A stretch of DNA of 64,000 bases from Stylophora pistillata (lineage: Eukaryota), in assembly GCF_002571385.2 (NCBI RefSeq), contig NW_019217896.1, positions 215,247-279,246 of the forward strand, given 5' to 3'. The notes below the pieces were generated by a model that made no database searches, was not told the origin of the DNA, and saw nothing but the letters and a program-made list of their open reading frames with translations. Shown piece after piece: positions 1 through 12,594 of the stretch. The stretch's first letter is position 1, and every line of letters starts with the position of its first letter. Both the position numbers and the translations under genes were made by a program.

Positions 1-1017
1 CTTAAAATTTCTCGAAAGTTTCTAGGATTACGCAAAAAAAATTTCGACAGGCATGAGCTTAACGTTTTTAACACACCCGTATCATCTAAAGAATCTGAAA
101 TATTACCTCCGAGTCAATTACATTTCAATGGAGGAAAAAGCGAAGGAAATGAGATAATAACATCAGGGGCAGAATATTACCTGCTACCGGTCATTTCGTG
201 TATGCCCTTATCTAACGGGATTATGTTCTTTGGTATTAAAAAATGTTTTCATTTGTTCATCAAGACTGGGTAATAAAATGACTGAGACTAATCTGTGCTT
301 TCTATTGGAGTATTCCTTATTTTGTGCTCGGCAGTTACGTAAACAAATAGGGACGGAAACAAATAGGGTTTACGCAAAGCTGCAGGGTTTTATTTTTCAA
401 AACAAAAATTGAAGTGGGTACAGGATGTAAACACTTTTACTAGGGGTAAGGTTACTTCAGGATAGAGCGAAAATTGCGTGAACTGAAAGGATTACAGGAG
501 GAGTGTGACCGCCGCCTGCAAAAGAGGCTCGTAGCGTCAAAAGTCTACCACCTCTACTTTTATCCCTGCCCTTGTCAGACTATGTTATAAAACTACTTTC
601 AAGGACTTTACCTATCTTGCCGCTCCTTTCGTGTAAGTAAAATATGTGAACCCACCTAGATTAGCTAGCTACCTGTGGGCATGTCCAATTTGTTAAAATA
701 GTCATTAGAAATTAGAACAAATAAAGGTTGTTGTTGTTGTTGAACAAAATAAGTAGGATAATTAATTTGAAGTGAAGGATTTGTTCCACTCAAGGAGAGA
801 CTTAAGACATTAATTTACTTAATTAAACAACACTTTCAAGCACTCTTAATCCGTCATGGTGGTCTTGTCTCATATTAACACTTTCTAGGCTTAATGGAAT
901 TAACGCAAAGCAACGGAAGATACCGCTACCTCTGATCTTAAAATTTATAAGCAATATAAGCGGATAAAAATGTTGTAGTGCTCGAAATTTTCGAAGGAGA
1001 TTACCTGTAACTGAAAT

Positions 1018-2396
1018 GGGAGNTGAAGAGCTGAGGAACACAAGTTACTTCTGCCTAACTACTGGCTGCTTATCATCAACAGGCCCCTTGGGAACTGAAG
1101 AGCTGAGGAACACAAGTTACTTCTGCCTAACTACTGGCTGCTTATCATCAACAGGCCCCTTGGGAACTGAAGAGCTGAGGAACACAAGTTACTTCTGCCT
1201 AACTACTGGCTGCTTATCATCAACAGGCCCCTTGGGAACTGAAGAGCTGAGGAACACAAGTTACTTCTGCCTAACTACTGGCTGCTTATCATCAACAGGC
1301 CCCTTGGGAACTGAAGAGCTGAGGAACACAAGTTACTTCTGCCTAACTACTGGCTGCTTATCATCAACAGGCCCCTTGGGAACTGAAGAGCTGAGGAACA
1401 CAAGTTACTTCTGCCTAACTACTGGCTGCTTATCATCAACAGGCCCCTTGGGAACTGAAGAGCTGAGGAACACAAGTTACTTCTGCCTAACTACTGGCTG
1501 CTTATCATCAACAGGCCCCTTGGGAACTGAAGAGCTGAGGAACACAAGTTACTTCTGCCTAACTACTGGCTGCTTATCATCAACAGGCCCCTTGGGAACT
1601 GAAGAGCTGAGGAACACAAGTTACTTCTGCCTAACTACTGGCTGCTTATCATCAACAGGCCCCTTGGGAACTGAAGAGCTGAGGAACACAAGTTACTTCT
1701 GCCTAACTACTGGCTGCTTATCATCAACAGGCCCCTTGGGAACTGAAGAGCTGAGGAACACAAGTTACTTCTGCCTAACTACTGGCTGCTTATCATCAAC
1801 AGGCCCCTTGGGAACTGAAGAGCTGAGGAACACAAGTTACTTCTGCCTAACTACTGGCTGCTTATCATCAACAGGCCCCTTGGGAACTGAAGAGCTGAGG
1901 AACACAAGTTACTTCTGCCTAACTACTGGCTGCTTATCATCAACAGGCCCCTTGGGAACTGAAGAGCTGAGGAACACAAGTTACTTCTGCCTAACTACTG
2001 GCTGCTTATCATCAACAGGCCCCTTGGGAACTGAAGAGCTGAGGAACACAAGTTACTTCTGCCTAACTACTGGCTGCTTATCATCAACAGGCCCCTTGGG
2101 AACTGAAGAGCTGAGGAACACAAGTTACTTCTGCCTAACTACTGGCTGCTTATCATCAACAGGCCCCTTGGGAACTGAAGAGCTGAGGAACACAAGTTAC
2201 TTCTGCCTAACTACTGGCTGCTTATCATCAACAGGCCCCTTGGGAACTGAAGAGCTGAGGAACACAAGTTACTTCTGCCTAACTACTGGCTGCTTATCAT
2301 CAACAGGCTCCTTGGGAACTGAAGAGCTAAGGAACACAAGTTCCTTCTGCCTAACTACTGGCTGCTTATCATCAACAGGCCCCTTGGGAACTGAAA
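1018..2396. repeat. Tandem array of 19 copies of a 72-bp unit
   Basis: Unit ACTGAAGAGCTGAGGAACACAAGTTACTTCTGCCTAACTACTGGCTGCTTATCATCAACAGGCCCCTTGGGA recurs with exact 72-bp period (same phase at 1381, 1741, 2101). Substitutions occur only at the array ends; an N sits at 1023. Confidence 0.97.
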
Positions 2397-3542
2397 CTTC
2401 ATAGGATAAATCAACTCAACAACATGGTAAGACAACTTCCAAGGGTTAGTTTGTCATTTCCTGTACAATTTTTTTTTCATTTCATTTCATGACTGGGGTC
2501 ATTATATTCCACTACTTTTTTTCTGATTAAAATTACTCATCTCGTTCATAAAGTTATAAAGTTTTATACAACAACATAGTATCTAGCCTTGTTTCATACT
2601 TCAAAATGACATTTTGTTTCGCTGTTTCTTTCTAGCAATTCTCTTTCTCATGCTCACCTCATCAAGTAATTTTCTTATCAAATTCTAGCTTAGTGAGTAA
2701 TCAAGAAGATAAAAGCCCTCAAACACACTGAGTAGCTAGATCTTGGTTGGAGAAGGGATTTGATACAACCTCAGTTGGCAGGTGAAGGTGTGAACAATGA
2801 TCCTTCATACACATGTACACCAGTGTGATCTGTTGTTGAAATTTTAATGACATTTTCTACCTGTCTCTGTTCAACTAGACAAATACAAATATCTAGTGAC
2901 AAAAATCCACTTTGTAGTATCATTTCTATTTAAAAGAGACATCCTATGCTTAAACCATCTGAAGAAATTGTTCATTCTTCCTTTCCACCTTCCTTACTAA
3001 AGTATGCTGAGTTTTTGACACTTGAACCAGGCTACCTGCACTTTTCACTTTGACCAGCTCCCATTTGAGATCTCATGTCGCTGATAAAATGCTTGAACAG
3101 TAATAAGTTAGAGATAAAACTGCCAAAAAAGCCTGAAGTATGCTGTTGGCATGCTTTGAAATCCAGTTGTATATTATTTCCTTAATTTAGAACTCTAAAA
3201 ATAGAAAAGGAGAAAAGCAAATTTAGAGGTCATAAAAAAAAAAAAAAAAAATAGATAGAATCATATCGATTGTGATAACAACACAGGCTGGGGCCACTTC
3301 AGCCAGAAGTCACTCGTTTTCTCTCAAGGACACCAAAATGCATATAAACAGTTTGCACATCTATGCCAACTGACTCCACTTCAACTCTGTGACTGAAAGC
3401 AATAATTGCTTGCAATCTCTCATAAAATCATATTCCATTGGAACATACAGGTATACATGCAAAGGAAATACTCTATCCGCTTAAAAAAATATTATTAAAA
3501 CAGTTTAAGAAATATAGCCATAAAAGGTTAAAGATAACTTAC

Positions 3543-5177
3543 AACCTGGCCACTGGTGCTTTTTATCACAGAGTGGGACATAGATGACACCCATCAGATT
3601 CTTCTTCATAATCTGGCCATTCTCAAGTTTATCATGCTGCTCGAGAACCTGATTCCGACCTTCTGCTCCCACAGGACAAATAAGACGGCCGCCTGGTTTA
3701 AGTTGTTCTAGAAGCTTGGGGTAAAAAAAAATGTATGTACAAGTTTTTGCAGTAACATTCATTCTGAAGATAACTAAATTTGTTTTCTACACATCTTTCG
3801 CAAACTTAACCTCCAGGGTTTACAGTGAACACAAAGGCTAGTGTCCATGTATTCTGACTAGCCAATTCTATGTAGAAAATTTACATGAATGCCTCTGATT
3901 GCTGCTGTAATTTTTATTTGTAAGAATGCACAGGCAATTACAAAATACAAATGACAAGTAGTCAATTGTGAGATTTTGCCCTAATAAATGTAGGAATGCA
4001 ATCAGACAAAGCATTCAATTCCTCCCTGAAAATCACTGTACCAGCAGCCATGGCTAAATACAAGCTACCTTCAAGCAACCAGAGTCCTTTTAAGACTAAC
4101 CTTGTTAGCGGTGTATTTTAAAAATATCTTTTCCAAAGGCAAGTGTGAATTGGTAACTTTTATATTAAAAACAGTTCATAACAACACTATGGTACAACAC
4201 AAGCAGTTAGGTTAAGTGTTGACTCTTTCACTCCCAGATCTGATGAGTAATTCTCCTAACTGTCTGCCATATGACTTTTAAGATGTTACTTTGGAAAATT
4301 TGGTATTGGATCAAATGAAAACTGCTTGTTGATATTTTTCTTTATTCTCATTACTTGTCTGCTTGATATTGTATTGATATTGTAAGGAGAAATTCTGTCT
4401 TGGTCACTCATGGGAGTTTAAAAGGTTAAGTAGGCTGAATGTGGTTCACAAATCACATATCCACATTTTCATATGAAGAGTTCATGTCAAACTGTATTAA
4501 AGTGTTAAGTCTACTCACAGCTGAAGGTAAATCTGCTGCAGCTGCCCCTACATGGATTGCATCATAGGGTTGCCCAGGTTCATAACCTTTGCGCCCATCG
4601 CCAGCTATAGTAAATGTAACAAATGGAATTTTCAATTGAAAATAACATGTAGCTGCCTGTAACTAGTGATTTTGACAAACACATTCTCTACACTTATGCA
4701 GGAAAATGAAACACTTACAGACAATTTTGACTCTGCCCTTTTCAAGAAGTTCCGGGTTCCCTCTTTTGATATTAGCCAAAGAGTCTTTCACAAGCTGATC
4801 GATATGATCAATTCCATAAACCTTTCCAGTTTCTCCAACCTGAAGCGTCAAAGGATCAAGGGCCACTAGTTTCTCAGAAGAATTACTGCTTTGATACTCT
4901 TGGTAAAATAAAGTTGATTTAATCATTAAAGGATAACAAAGAATGAGGTTTGACAAAGGGCTAATGCCGACATGTCAGCTTTAGCACCTCTTTACCATGT
5001 GGCAATTTACATTATTTCATATTAAATCAACTCTGTCGTAAGACCAAATTATCTTGTTATATCTTTTGCCAATGTACTACCACAGTCACAGCTGTAGAGT
5101 GTTGATATAATAATGATGTTGATACTGAATTTTTAGCAATTAGATGAACATGTACATGTCATTATTAAAAACTGGAA

Positions 5178-5229
<52 letters not shown>

Positions 5230-7229
5230 CAGCCAATATACCATAATCTACGAATATGGTATTGCGTACGCATCAGCTTAAAATCAAAAGGGAGCTAAAA
5301 AATCCGGTTTCTTCTTACAAAATAATTTCTTGGGGGCATTTTTAATAAAACAATTATTCCACTCGCGCTTGTTGGATATTAGATTATAGCTCACTCGGCA
5401 CTATGCGCGTCATTGGCTATCTATCATCTCATATCCAACCCGCACTCGTGGAAAAATTGTTAATTTCTAGTCAGTATTCACCATATAAGCCATGGCAGCT
5501 GTGAGATAGCCACTCCCCGAACCAACATCTAAAGCACAAGCACCCTCTGTAAGATGACCCTCAAGTTGCTGTAGCGCATACACATGCTGCAACAAAATTA
5601 CTAATTTATTAAGTAGAAATATTGGTTATGGAATCTAGCTGCAGATTTTTGTCAGTTTTTTTTTAACAACACTGGACACCTAAGAACTGGCAATCTGATT
5701 TGATAATCAAGACCATCTATCGAAGAAATTTCCAATCACTGTTCCCGTACATTTCTATTATTTCACTCTATTTCCCTTCATCACTTTTACAGAATTCAAA
5801 GGAAGTGAAGTTTGAAACAAGGCCATGACAGTTGCTGATCATTTTGGAATATTTTGTTAACATTGTAGACAAAACTGGGCTTCATGATATTATGCTTACT
5901 GATATATTAAACTGTAAGCATGTTTGAGCAAGAAAAAAAACCCTCAGTTAATGGAACACGACAGTTAATAGTTCAATTAATCAGCCCTACATTAGTGTTT
6001 AAGTTCAGGTGGCTGATAGCTGATCTCAAATTTAGTTGGAGTTTTGAAATTAAGCACTGTTTGAGTGTTAAAGTCTGGTATGCTTTGTTGATAAAGACTC
6101 ACAAGGTTACAGGGTTGTAGCTAAGAAATTACACTACTGGCTGAAATTTCAAGTGATGTGGCATAAGGTGGTGAAGGATTGTAATTCTTGCTTACCGGCC
6201 AAAAATCCAGCTGGGGATTGCCAAATTTTCCTCCAGCAAAGTTTCCCAGCAACCACTGGGCTTACCGACAACCCTGAGGCTACATCACCTGACCAAGATC
6301 TGATTGTCAATTCTCCCCTTTAACTGCTTCACATTTCCTAATAAATTAGTCATGTGAATTTGGTATTAGATCAAGATAACACCATCCACCAGATAGGTTT
6401 GAATATTCTCATTACATCATTGCTGAAAAATGTATGAGATATAAGAGGGAGAAGTTCCAAGTTAATCACTTCTAGGAATTCAAAGGTTAAAAGGTGGATG
6501 GGTTACCATAATCTGAATTGTTGTTGTGTTCTGCTATGCATGCAGAGTGTGCTGTAGGTTCTGGTCAAAACTATTTTATTCACAGGCTATTTACCATGTG
6601 TGGTGCACTGATTGTTGCTTGATAACCTAAAAAAGGTGAGAAAAAAAGATTTATTCAGTCAACATTAAAGTTTTTATTTCCTGATGATCGAGGAATTTGC
6701 CAGGATCCAGCCCCTATTAGGTGCGTGTGTGCTTGTTTATCTATTTTGAGGTAGTTACTTTGGACCTCTCGCAGTTTCCTAGACACTATAGTTCTCTTTC
6801 TCTCTAGGTGTATCAAATGAATGCATTTCTGCAAACTTCCTAAAAAATCTATCAAACTGCTCACGTCAAACACGAACATAAACAAATGGTTTCCCCCAGG
6901 TTTCATTTTAATTTCTATTCTATGTTTGCGTGCTTACAGATGCATTGAATTCACAAACACATTTCTTTCCAGTCGATAAACATGGTATGTAAATCATACA
7001 AACCTATCGGTTGTGGAGAATCCTCAAATGCTCGATTTCGACAGTAATGTTTTCTATCAACTCGTCGGAGAGCCTCTTCGACTCTTTTGCTTTTCAACAC
7101 TTCATGGACTAAAATCAAGGCAAGAAAAACAGTTAAATACGACACCATGCAAGACAAATCATTTTCTTCCATACTTTTCAGCTGATCGAGGAGGTCACTA
7201 TTGCTTTCCCCGTGCGATCTCCACGCCAT
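3543..7229 (-). CDS. PCMT1: Protein-L-isoaspartate(D-aspartate) O-methyltransferase, 7 coding exons; extreme C-terminus uncertain
   Basis: Exons 7175-7229, 7004-7108, 6595-6626, 5482-5586, 4719-4839, 4519-4604, 3543-3714; all GT-AG with compatible phases. Translation [13 protein letters not shown]...[18 protein letters not shown]...[13 protein letters not shown]...GIDHI...GDGRKG...[11 protein letters not shown]...[13 protein letters not shown]...[14 protein letters not shown] contains the PIMT signature motifs. Exon sizes 55/105/32/105/121/86 match the vertebrate gene as I recall it. Confidence 0.96.
4219..4429. mobile_element. Short non-autonomous DNA element (MITE-like); related copy at ~6290-6490
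   Basis: Ends TTGACTCTTTCACTCCC...GGGAGTTTAAAAGGTTAA form imperfect inverted termini. The two intronic copies share AGATCTGAT..AATTCTCC, AATTTGGTATT.GATCAA, ATTCTCATTAC and AAAGGTTAA. Confidence 0.6.
4948..5090 (+). mobile_element. Decayed Penelope-like terminal repeat relic in PCMT1 intron 4
   Basis: TTTGACAAAGGGCTAATGCCGACATGTCAGCTTT...GGCAATTTAC...TCAACT..CCAAATTAT aligns with the intact hammerhead-bearing arm at 34421-34520. Confidence 0.55.
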
Positions 7230-7554
7230 GTTTCTCAAAATTTGATGTTTACTTCTTGAAACACCCATCCGCCATGACAGTTGAACAGAGCTGCGCACAA
7301 ATAATTGGTTTGGACTGCTGACATGCGTGACGCCGTTAAGTCGGTCAACAACATGGTCGATGAAGTGAACAGCGCGGAGATTTAGGTGGTTGAAATAATT
7401 CATATACACAGCATCTAAAGAAAATATTTAAATGGAATTATCGGCATTCCGCTAAGAGCTCTTTAATGCGTCTTGCTTCTATTACCATTTGAAAGTAAAA
7501 TACAAGTTTTTTCGCTATCTTCTTCCCAGACCTTCTATTTTTGCTGAGGTTAGA
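7230..7554. promoter_or_regulatory. Probable bidirectional promoter between PCMT1 and CSKMT
   Basis: The divergent start codons at 7229 (-) and 7555 (+) are separated by only 325 bp. Confidence 0.6.
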
Positions 7555-10146
7555 ATGAGTCTGCTCGCACATTGGAGAAGATGTTTTGCTTTAAGAGCTA
7601 GAGGAAACATCCATTCCATGGTCTGTGGGAAAGGTAAGGCTTAATTTACAACAGGGGTTAGCAAAATGAAAAAAACATTTTCTAGGCTTGAGCTGGTGAC
7701 GTGACACAGTGACACCAATGATTTGCAGAGCTGGACGAAATACTGGGCGGGTTTTGAAATTATTTTTGACATTTTACGTTGGAAACTTGTGGTCATTGGT
7801 CTATACTGGGAAATGGCTGTTACGCGACTCAGTGACCTAGCATAAGTTTAGTACCTATCAATGTTAAGCCCAAGGGGGAAGGGGGGACCCCAGGAATTTT
7901 ACGTTTAAGGTCAATGTTTGGTGACCTTCCTTGGGCCTGAAAATTAGGTGAAGTTTCCTCACCTCAGCGAAGCAATATCCCTGAAAGCAAAAGAATAGTT
8001 GAGATTAATTCATGAATGAGAGATAAAAATTGTTAGGTTTTGAGACTTTTCCTGTGTCTTTCAAGATTGCTGCATAGAGTGCATGTGAAGCTGTGATTTA
8101 GCCCCACAGCCTCTTGCAAGAAATCAAACATCCATATCCTGGGGCCCAGCTAGGAAAGGAAATGGTTTTAGGGGCCAAATTCCTCGCATATGACTGTGGT
8201 TCTCCCATCCTTCAGCTTTATATCAATAGGGGCACTGGGTGAAACTTGAGTCAGTTCAGGACCCAACATGTTGAAGAATATTTTCAGCTTTTGCCATGTA
8301 GTTGATCCTAGCTCTGCACAGGACATGTGTCATACATATATGAACTTTGCCCAGGGGACTTCCCAGTTAACTCTTTTGTAGCTCAGTAGTAAGGGCATCC
8401 AACTTGGGTGACTATCTGGTGGTCACTAGAATCTTTTGTGGTCCCGTCAGATGGTCTTTGCCTAATGTTCTCGACAACTGACATCAACACCTTAATCAAG
8501 TATATAAATTGCATACATTATATTTCATTATAGCCATCATTTTTACAATATCACAATCTCCATTGAGAAAAGTCAATTGCTTTAATTGGCAGTCCCTATA
8601 CTTTTCAAGCACCATCAGTCACTTCCAATATATTTGCAGGAAAAAAAAACTGTGCACAGAGCCTTTATATGTACTCTGAAGTGAGGATGCTGTAACAGAG
8701 GCTGCCTAAATAAGTGCAGTCTTTCATCAGTGTAGAAATTGAGTTTCTTACAAAAAAATTAATACTCTTGAATTTTTTTAGTTTTTGAATGATTTGTTTA
8801 AATTTTATGGGAGAGACTATGATTCAATGAGTTTTTTTCAGAAAAAGGTTGCCTCTTTCTATAAGCCAACTTTGCTCTCGACTGACAAATGATTTAAAAC
8901 TTTTTGACAGGGTAAACTTAAGCAAATCAAAGAAGTAAAATAACAACAACAAAGACATTATTGAAGCTCTACCTATGTTTTTACATCAAGAAGTGAAAAC
9001 CTACAGATAATATCAAATTAAAAGCTACAGTAGAATCCCCATTTCTTTTAAAAGCCCTCAGTTTTCTTGAAACTTACAAAGTAAACTAGTGAACAAAGAA
9101 TACTAAAGCCAAAAAAAAAAAAAAAAACCAATAAATGTCTTTCCACATTCTCTCTGCAGACCTTTTCTTTCAGCCAAGGATACTCGGAACTTTCTATCCT
9201 ATTGTCAACGTGGTTTTTTTCCTTTACAACAATTTGTTCTGAAATCCCTACCTCGTACCTCCTTTGCATTAGAACCATGGCTGTCGTACATTTATTTGTG
9301 TTTGTAGCACATTTTTTGGTCCACTCTGTAGAAGGTATACAATTTAGTTAAGAAGGACGAAAAAGCTTTTGTTAAAGCTAAATCGTATTAGTGGTTTGTT
9401 TTTCAGCAGGTTTGATCACATTGCGATGTTTTGGAGACATGTCTGATCAATCATACTGGAACAACTTTTATTCCAGTTGTCAAGGTAACAAACACTTTGA
9501 CTGGTTTGTGCGTTTTGAAGATGCCATTGAATATATTGAGCCGTACCTCCCCCCTGTCAGTAACAGTTTTGTCACAAGAATTTTGGAGATTGGTTGCGGA
9601 ACCTCAGAGTTCAGTTTAAAGCTCTTTGAACACTTCAATCGTAACTGTCGCATTGATTGCATCGACTTTTCACTCGAAGCGATAAAATTTTTGAGAAAAA
9701 ACATCCAAGAACGTGGGTTAGTTGCAAAGGAGATTGTCGAGACAGAGAGAAAACTGGAATATAGTCTTGATTTGACTGGCCTGGCTTGTCATCAAGCTGA
9801 TGCAAAGAACATGCCTTTTGCAGATGAAACATTTTCTCTTGCTCTTGATAAGGGTACTTCCGATGCAGTTCTAAAAGGACCAAAAGGAGATGTCGCATTT
9901 GCAGACGTGTTACATGAGTGTTTGCGTGTCTTGAAACCTCGTGGAAAGCTGATTCAGTTCTCTGATGAACCACCGGAGTTGCGTTTGGGCGCTTTGGAAA
10001 AAGTAACAAATGACTTTGTTCAGACGTACTCTACAGGGCTTAATTCTTCGAAGCTACGTTTGTCCTGGCGTGAACTTAGCACACAGTCAATTTTTCAGCA
10101 TTATTTGTATGTCGTCCACAAAGAGGGTGTAGGCGAGCATCGATAA
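7555..10146 (+). CDS. CSKMT: Citrate synthase-lysine N-methyltransferase-like (METTL12 family), probably mitochondrial; exons 7555-7633 and 9410-10146
   Basis: Main exon has FDWF, motif I ILEIGCGTS, IDFS, ADAKNM, LDKGTSDAV, ECLRVLKPRGKLIQFSDEPPELRL, closely matching METTL12 motifs (LDKGTWDAV, ECLRVLNPQGTLIQFSDEDPDVRL as recalled). Upstream exon MSLLAHWRRCFALRARGNIHSMVCGK ends in G|GTAAGG, is Arg-rich with no acidic residues (transit-peptide-like), and joins in phase 1 to the acceptor TTTCAGCAG| at 9409/9410. Confidence 0.88.
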
Positions 10147-10157
10147 ATTTCAAGTTT

Positions 10158-10435
10158 TAGAGCAGTGTTGGATTGAGTGTCGACAGTAATCCATTATTGC
10201 TTTGGCTTAGCACTTTGATTGTTACAGAAAACTCGCACCACCATCTCCAGTCAGATTCAAAACTAAATTAAACCAACTGTGCTTGGTCACTTGTCTTTTC
10301 CCGCCTTTCATGCAGTTAGCCTGTTTTACTTTTATCGTCCTTTACGAACGGTGATGTTGAACTTTGCTCCCATTGGCTCAAGGGTTTTGGTAACTTTGGT
10401 TTTGATTTTTCGAAACTCAACTGAAAACTGCGCTA
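10158..10435. mobile_element. MITE-like element immediately 3' of the CSKMT stop codon
   Basis: Imperfect inverted ends TAGAGCAGTGTTGGATTGAGTGTCGA / TCGAAACTCAACTGAAAACTGCGCTA; no ORF. Confidence 0.5.
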
Positions 10436-12508
10436 ATCGTTAATCCATTCATTGAGTCCCCAATTGGCACAGAGGTACTAGATACATGGAAAACGAATTG
10501 AAATTTCTATTTTGTTTTACCTCTATTACGATCGGAGGCCTCCGGCTGAAGCCATGAAGTGTTTCGTCCAGGTCAAATCATCAGTGTCACAAACAGTGTG
10601 TCACGTTACCAGGTCGAGCCAAGAAATTTTTTCGTTGTGTTTACCTTTTAATAAATTAAGCCTCACCTTTCCCAAAGCCCTTCGAATGAATGTTTTCTCC
10701 ACCTCTTAACTGAAAAAAAAAAAAAACATCTTTAATGTGCGCCTGTTTGATTACCATGTAACAGTCCGACTGGAAAGCATGAGGAAACATTACTTTGTAC
10801 AGATCAAGCATTACGCCCACGCTGTAGGTCGGCCGCAAAGGTTCCGTTCGAACCCTGAGTTCTTGTCTCATGAATAAAGAGTGCACTTTATTCGACGTGA
10901 CGATTGGATCAACCCATATTTAGGAGGTCTTGTTAGCAACTTGTACAACGATCAGTATGACCACGTGAACAGTGCACAGATTGCACGTGCTTCCTGTGTG
11001 CATAGGTAAACATCCTTCAGGTTCAAACGAAATTGTAACCAAATTGTTTGCTTGACTTTTACAGGCTAAATGAAGAACTTTTTATGTTTTAAAAAAATTA
11101 TGAAGTGTAGTGTAGAGCCTCTACCAATCCCTCCAGACATCTACTTTGAAGTAGTTAACCTTAGTTATAACCAATGCTTTCCTCACCAACTGGCAACATG
11201 TGAGACCGTGTTCGCTGGAGAGTTTTCGTTTTGAATTTCGTGGACAATTAGTGTTTTGCGAACAAGGATTCAGGGCATGTTCCCTTGAACTTGGTGAAAA
11301 GGAAGAATTTTGATTTCGGCTAAGGGGATATAGATCTCAATCCTGATAATGTTCATATGGTAAATTTTTACCTTGAGTATATCGTGATCAACAAGTCGAA
11401 AGTTTCAAGGTTCATCTCGGCAACCAAAAGTGAATTTTCTTATGGGAATATTACCCGCTCCATTACTGAGATCTCGATCCCTCAAGGTTATAACGAAGCT
11501 AACAATGTTGAATAAAGAATGGGGTCTTGAGATTTCTCAGACACTGCCTGTGTTGTTGATCTTGGCCCTTACAATTGAGCAAAGCCTCTACACAGAGCCA
11601 AACCTTTAACATTCTGGCAAATACTAGTTCAAGCTAGCCATGTTCTCCCTGTTCTTTTTGAGACCTGATGACTGTCCGTATCAATCGGTTAAAAAAAGAT
11701 TTTCAGATGGCTTTGTTTAGTTAAAATCCATGTTAGAAAAAAAAAATTACGAGGAGTTTTGAAAAATTTCAGTGGCCAAACTAATATTGATCTTTGAGTT
11801 TTACAAGAGAAAAAATTAAGAAAGTAAATGTGAAGAGGATAAGATTAAAGGCCAAAAATTTGGAAATGTGGCTCACACGATTTAAAGGAAAAAAACAAGT
11901 TTGCTAAACCTTTCGCACAGGCGCACACTTTGTTGCGATCGTGATGTACGCTTTGAAGTTTCTTCTCAGACATCTAGTGAGAAAATAGTTTTAACAATCA
12001 GCAGAAATTTTCAAAAATTCATTTTAGATCTCCTTAATGCCTATTTCGAGTCTTCTTCTTAAGTCTGATTAGCGAAATAAATTATTCTATAATTATTTAA
12101 TCGAGGTTTTGAAGTCTAGGTGAAGAAGGAGGAAATCTTACACAATCAGTGGCTTCCAGATTACATTCTTTACGAACACAATGTTCAAATCTCTACGGTT
12201 ACCGTTCATTTTATGATTTTTCTGATGTCTTTGAGCCAAGGTGTCGAAGATTGCTGGTCACCATGACTAGGAAAATATCTTTGAAACCATCTATTGATCA
12301 CACCCAAAACCTCATTGGTGGATCCAATTAGCATGAGGAGTTAAATTTACTTTAGCCAAAATCGTCAACACCATTACAGGCCGTACTATTTCAGTCCCCC
12401 AAACTAGGCCTGAGGAAACTAAAACTTAAAAGCCTGAAAAAAGATAAAGGAAAGAATATTTCTTACTCGAGGGGGAACGACAAAAAAAGAAAACATATCT
12501 AGTATAGA

Positions 12509-12594
12509 ATGCGTGAAAGAACGCGATTCCGCCCAGTGACTTCCTTCACATTCTTAGCTTTATTTCTCGCGGTTGGACTTGCGGATGGATTGAG
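12509..12594 (+). CDS. Probable first coding exon (signal peptide) of the mucin gene
   Basis: MRERTRFRPVTSFTFLALFLAVGLADGL: basic N-region, hydrophobic core, small residues at the cleavage site; donor AG|GTAAAG. It ends in phase 2 while the next certain exon needs phase 1, so a small linker exon (candidate 12958-12992, weak donor) is required. Confidence 0.6.

Noticed and set aside
560-742. LINE 3' tail ending AATAAAG(GTT)n; similar tail at ~35150-35325
   Set aside because: Suggestive of L2/CR1 3' ends, but no recognisable coding remnant, so not called.
1018-2396. Hammerhead ribozyme or C/D snoRNA in the 72-bp unit (CTGAAGA on plus, TGATGA on minus)
   Set aside because: No stem II followed by GAAA on either strand, and no CTGA D-box on the strand carrying TGATGA.
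1016-2404. CRISPR array or bona fide 462-aa repeat protein
   Set aside because: There are no unique spacers and the context is eukaryotic. The ORF follows automatically from a stop-free 72-bp unit, with no signal peptide, flanking exons or synonymous variation.
9391-9409. GTG start of the CSKMT ORF as given in the ORF track
   Set aside because: This stretch is the pyrimidine tract and acceptor of an intron; a spliced upstream ATG exon fits better.
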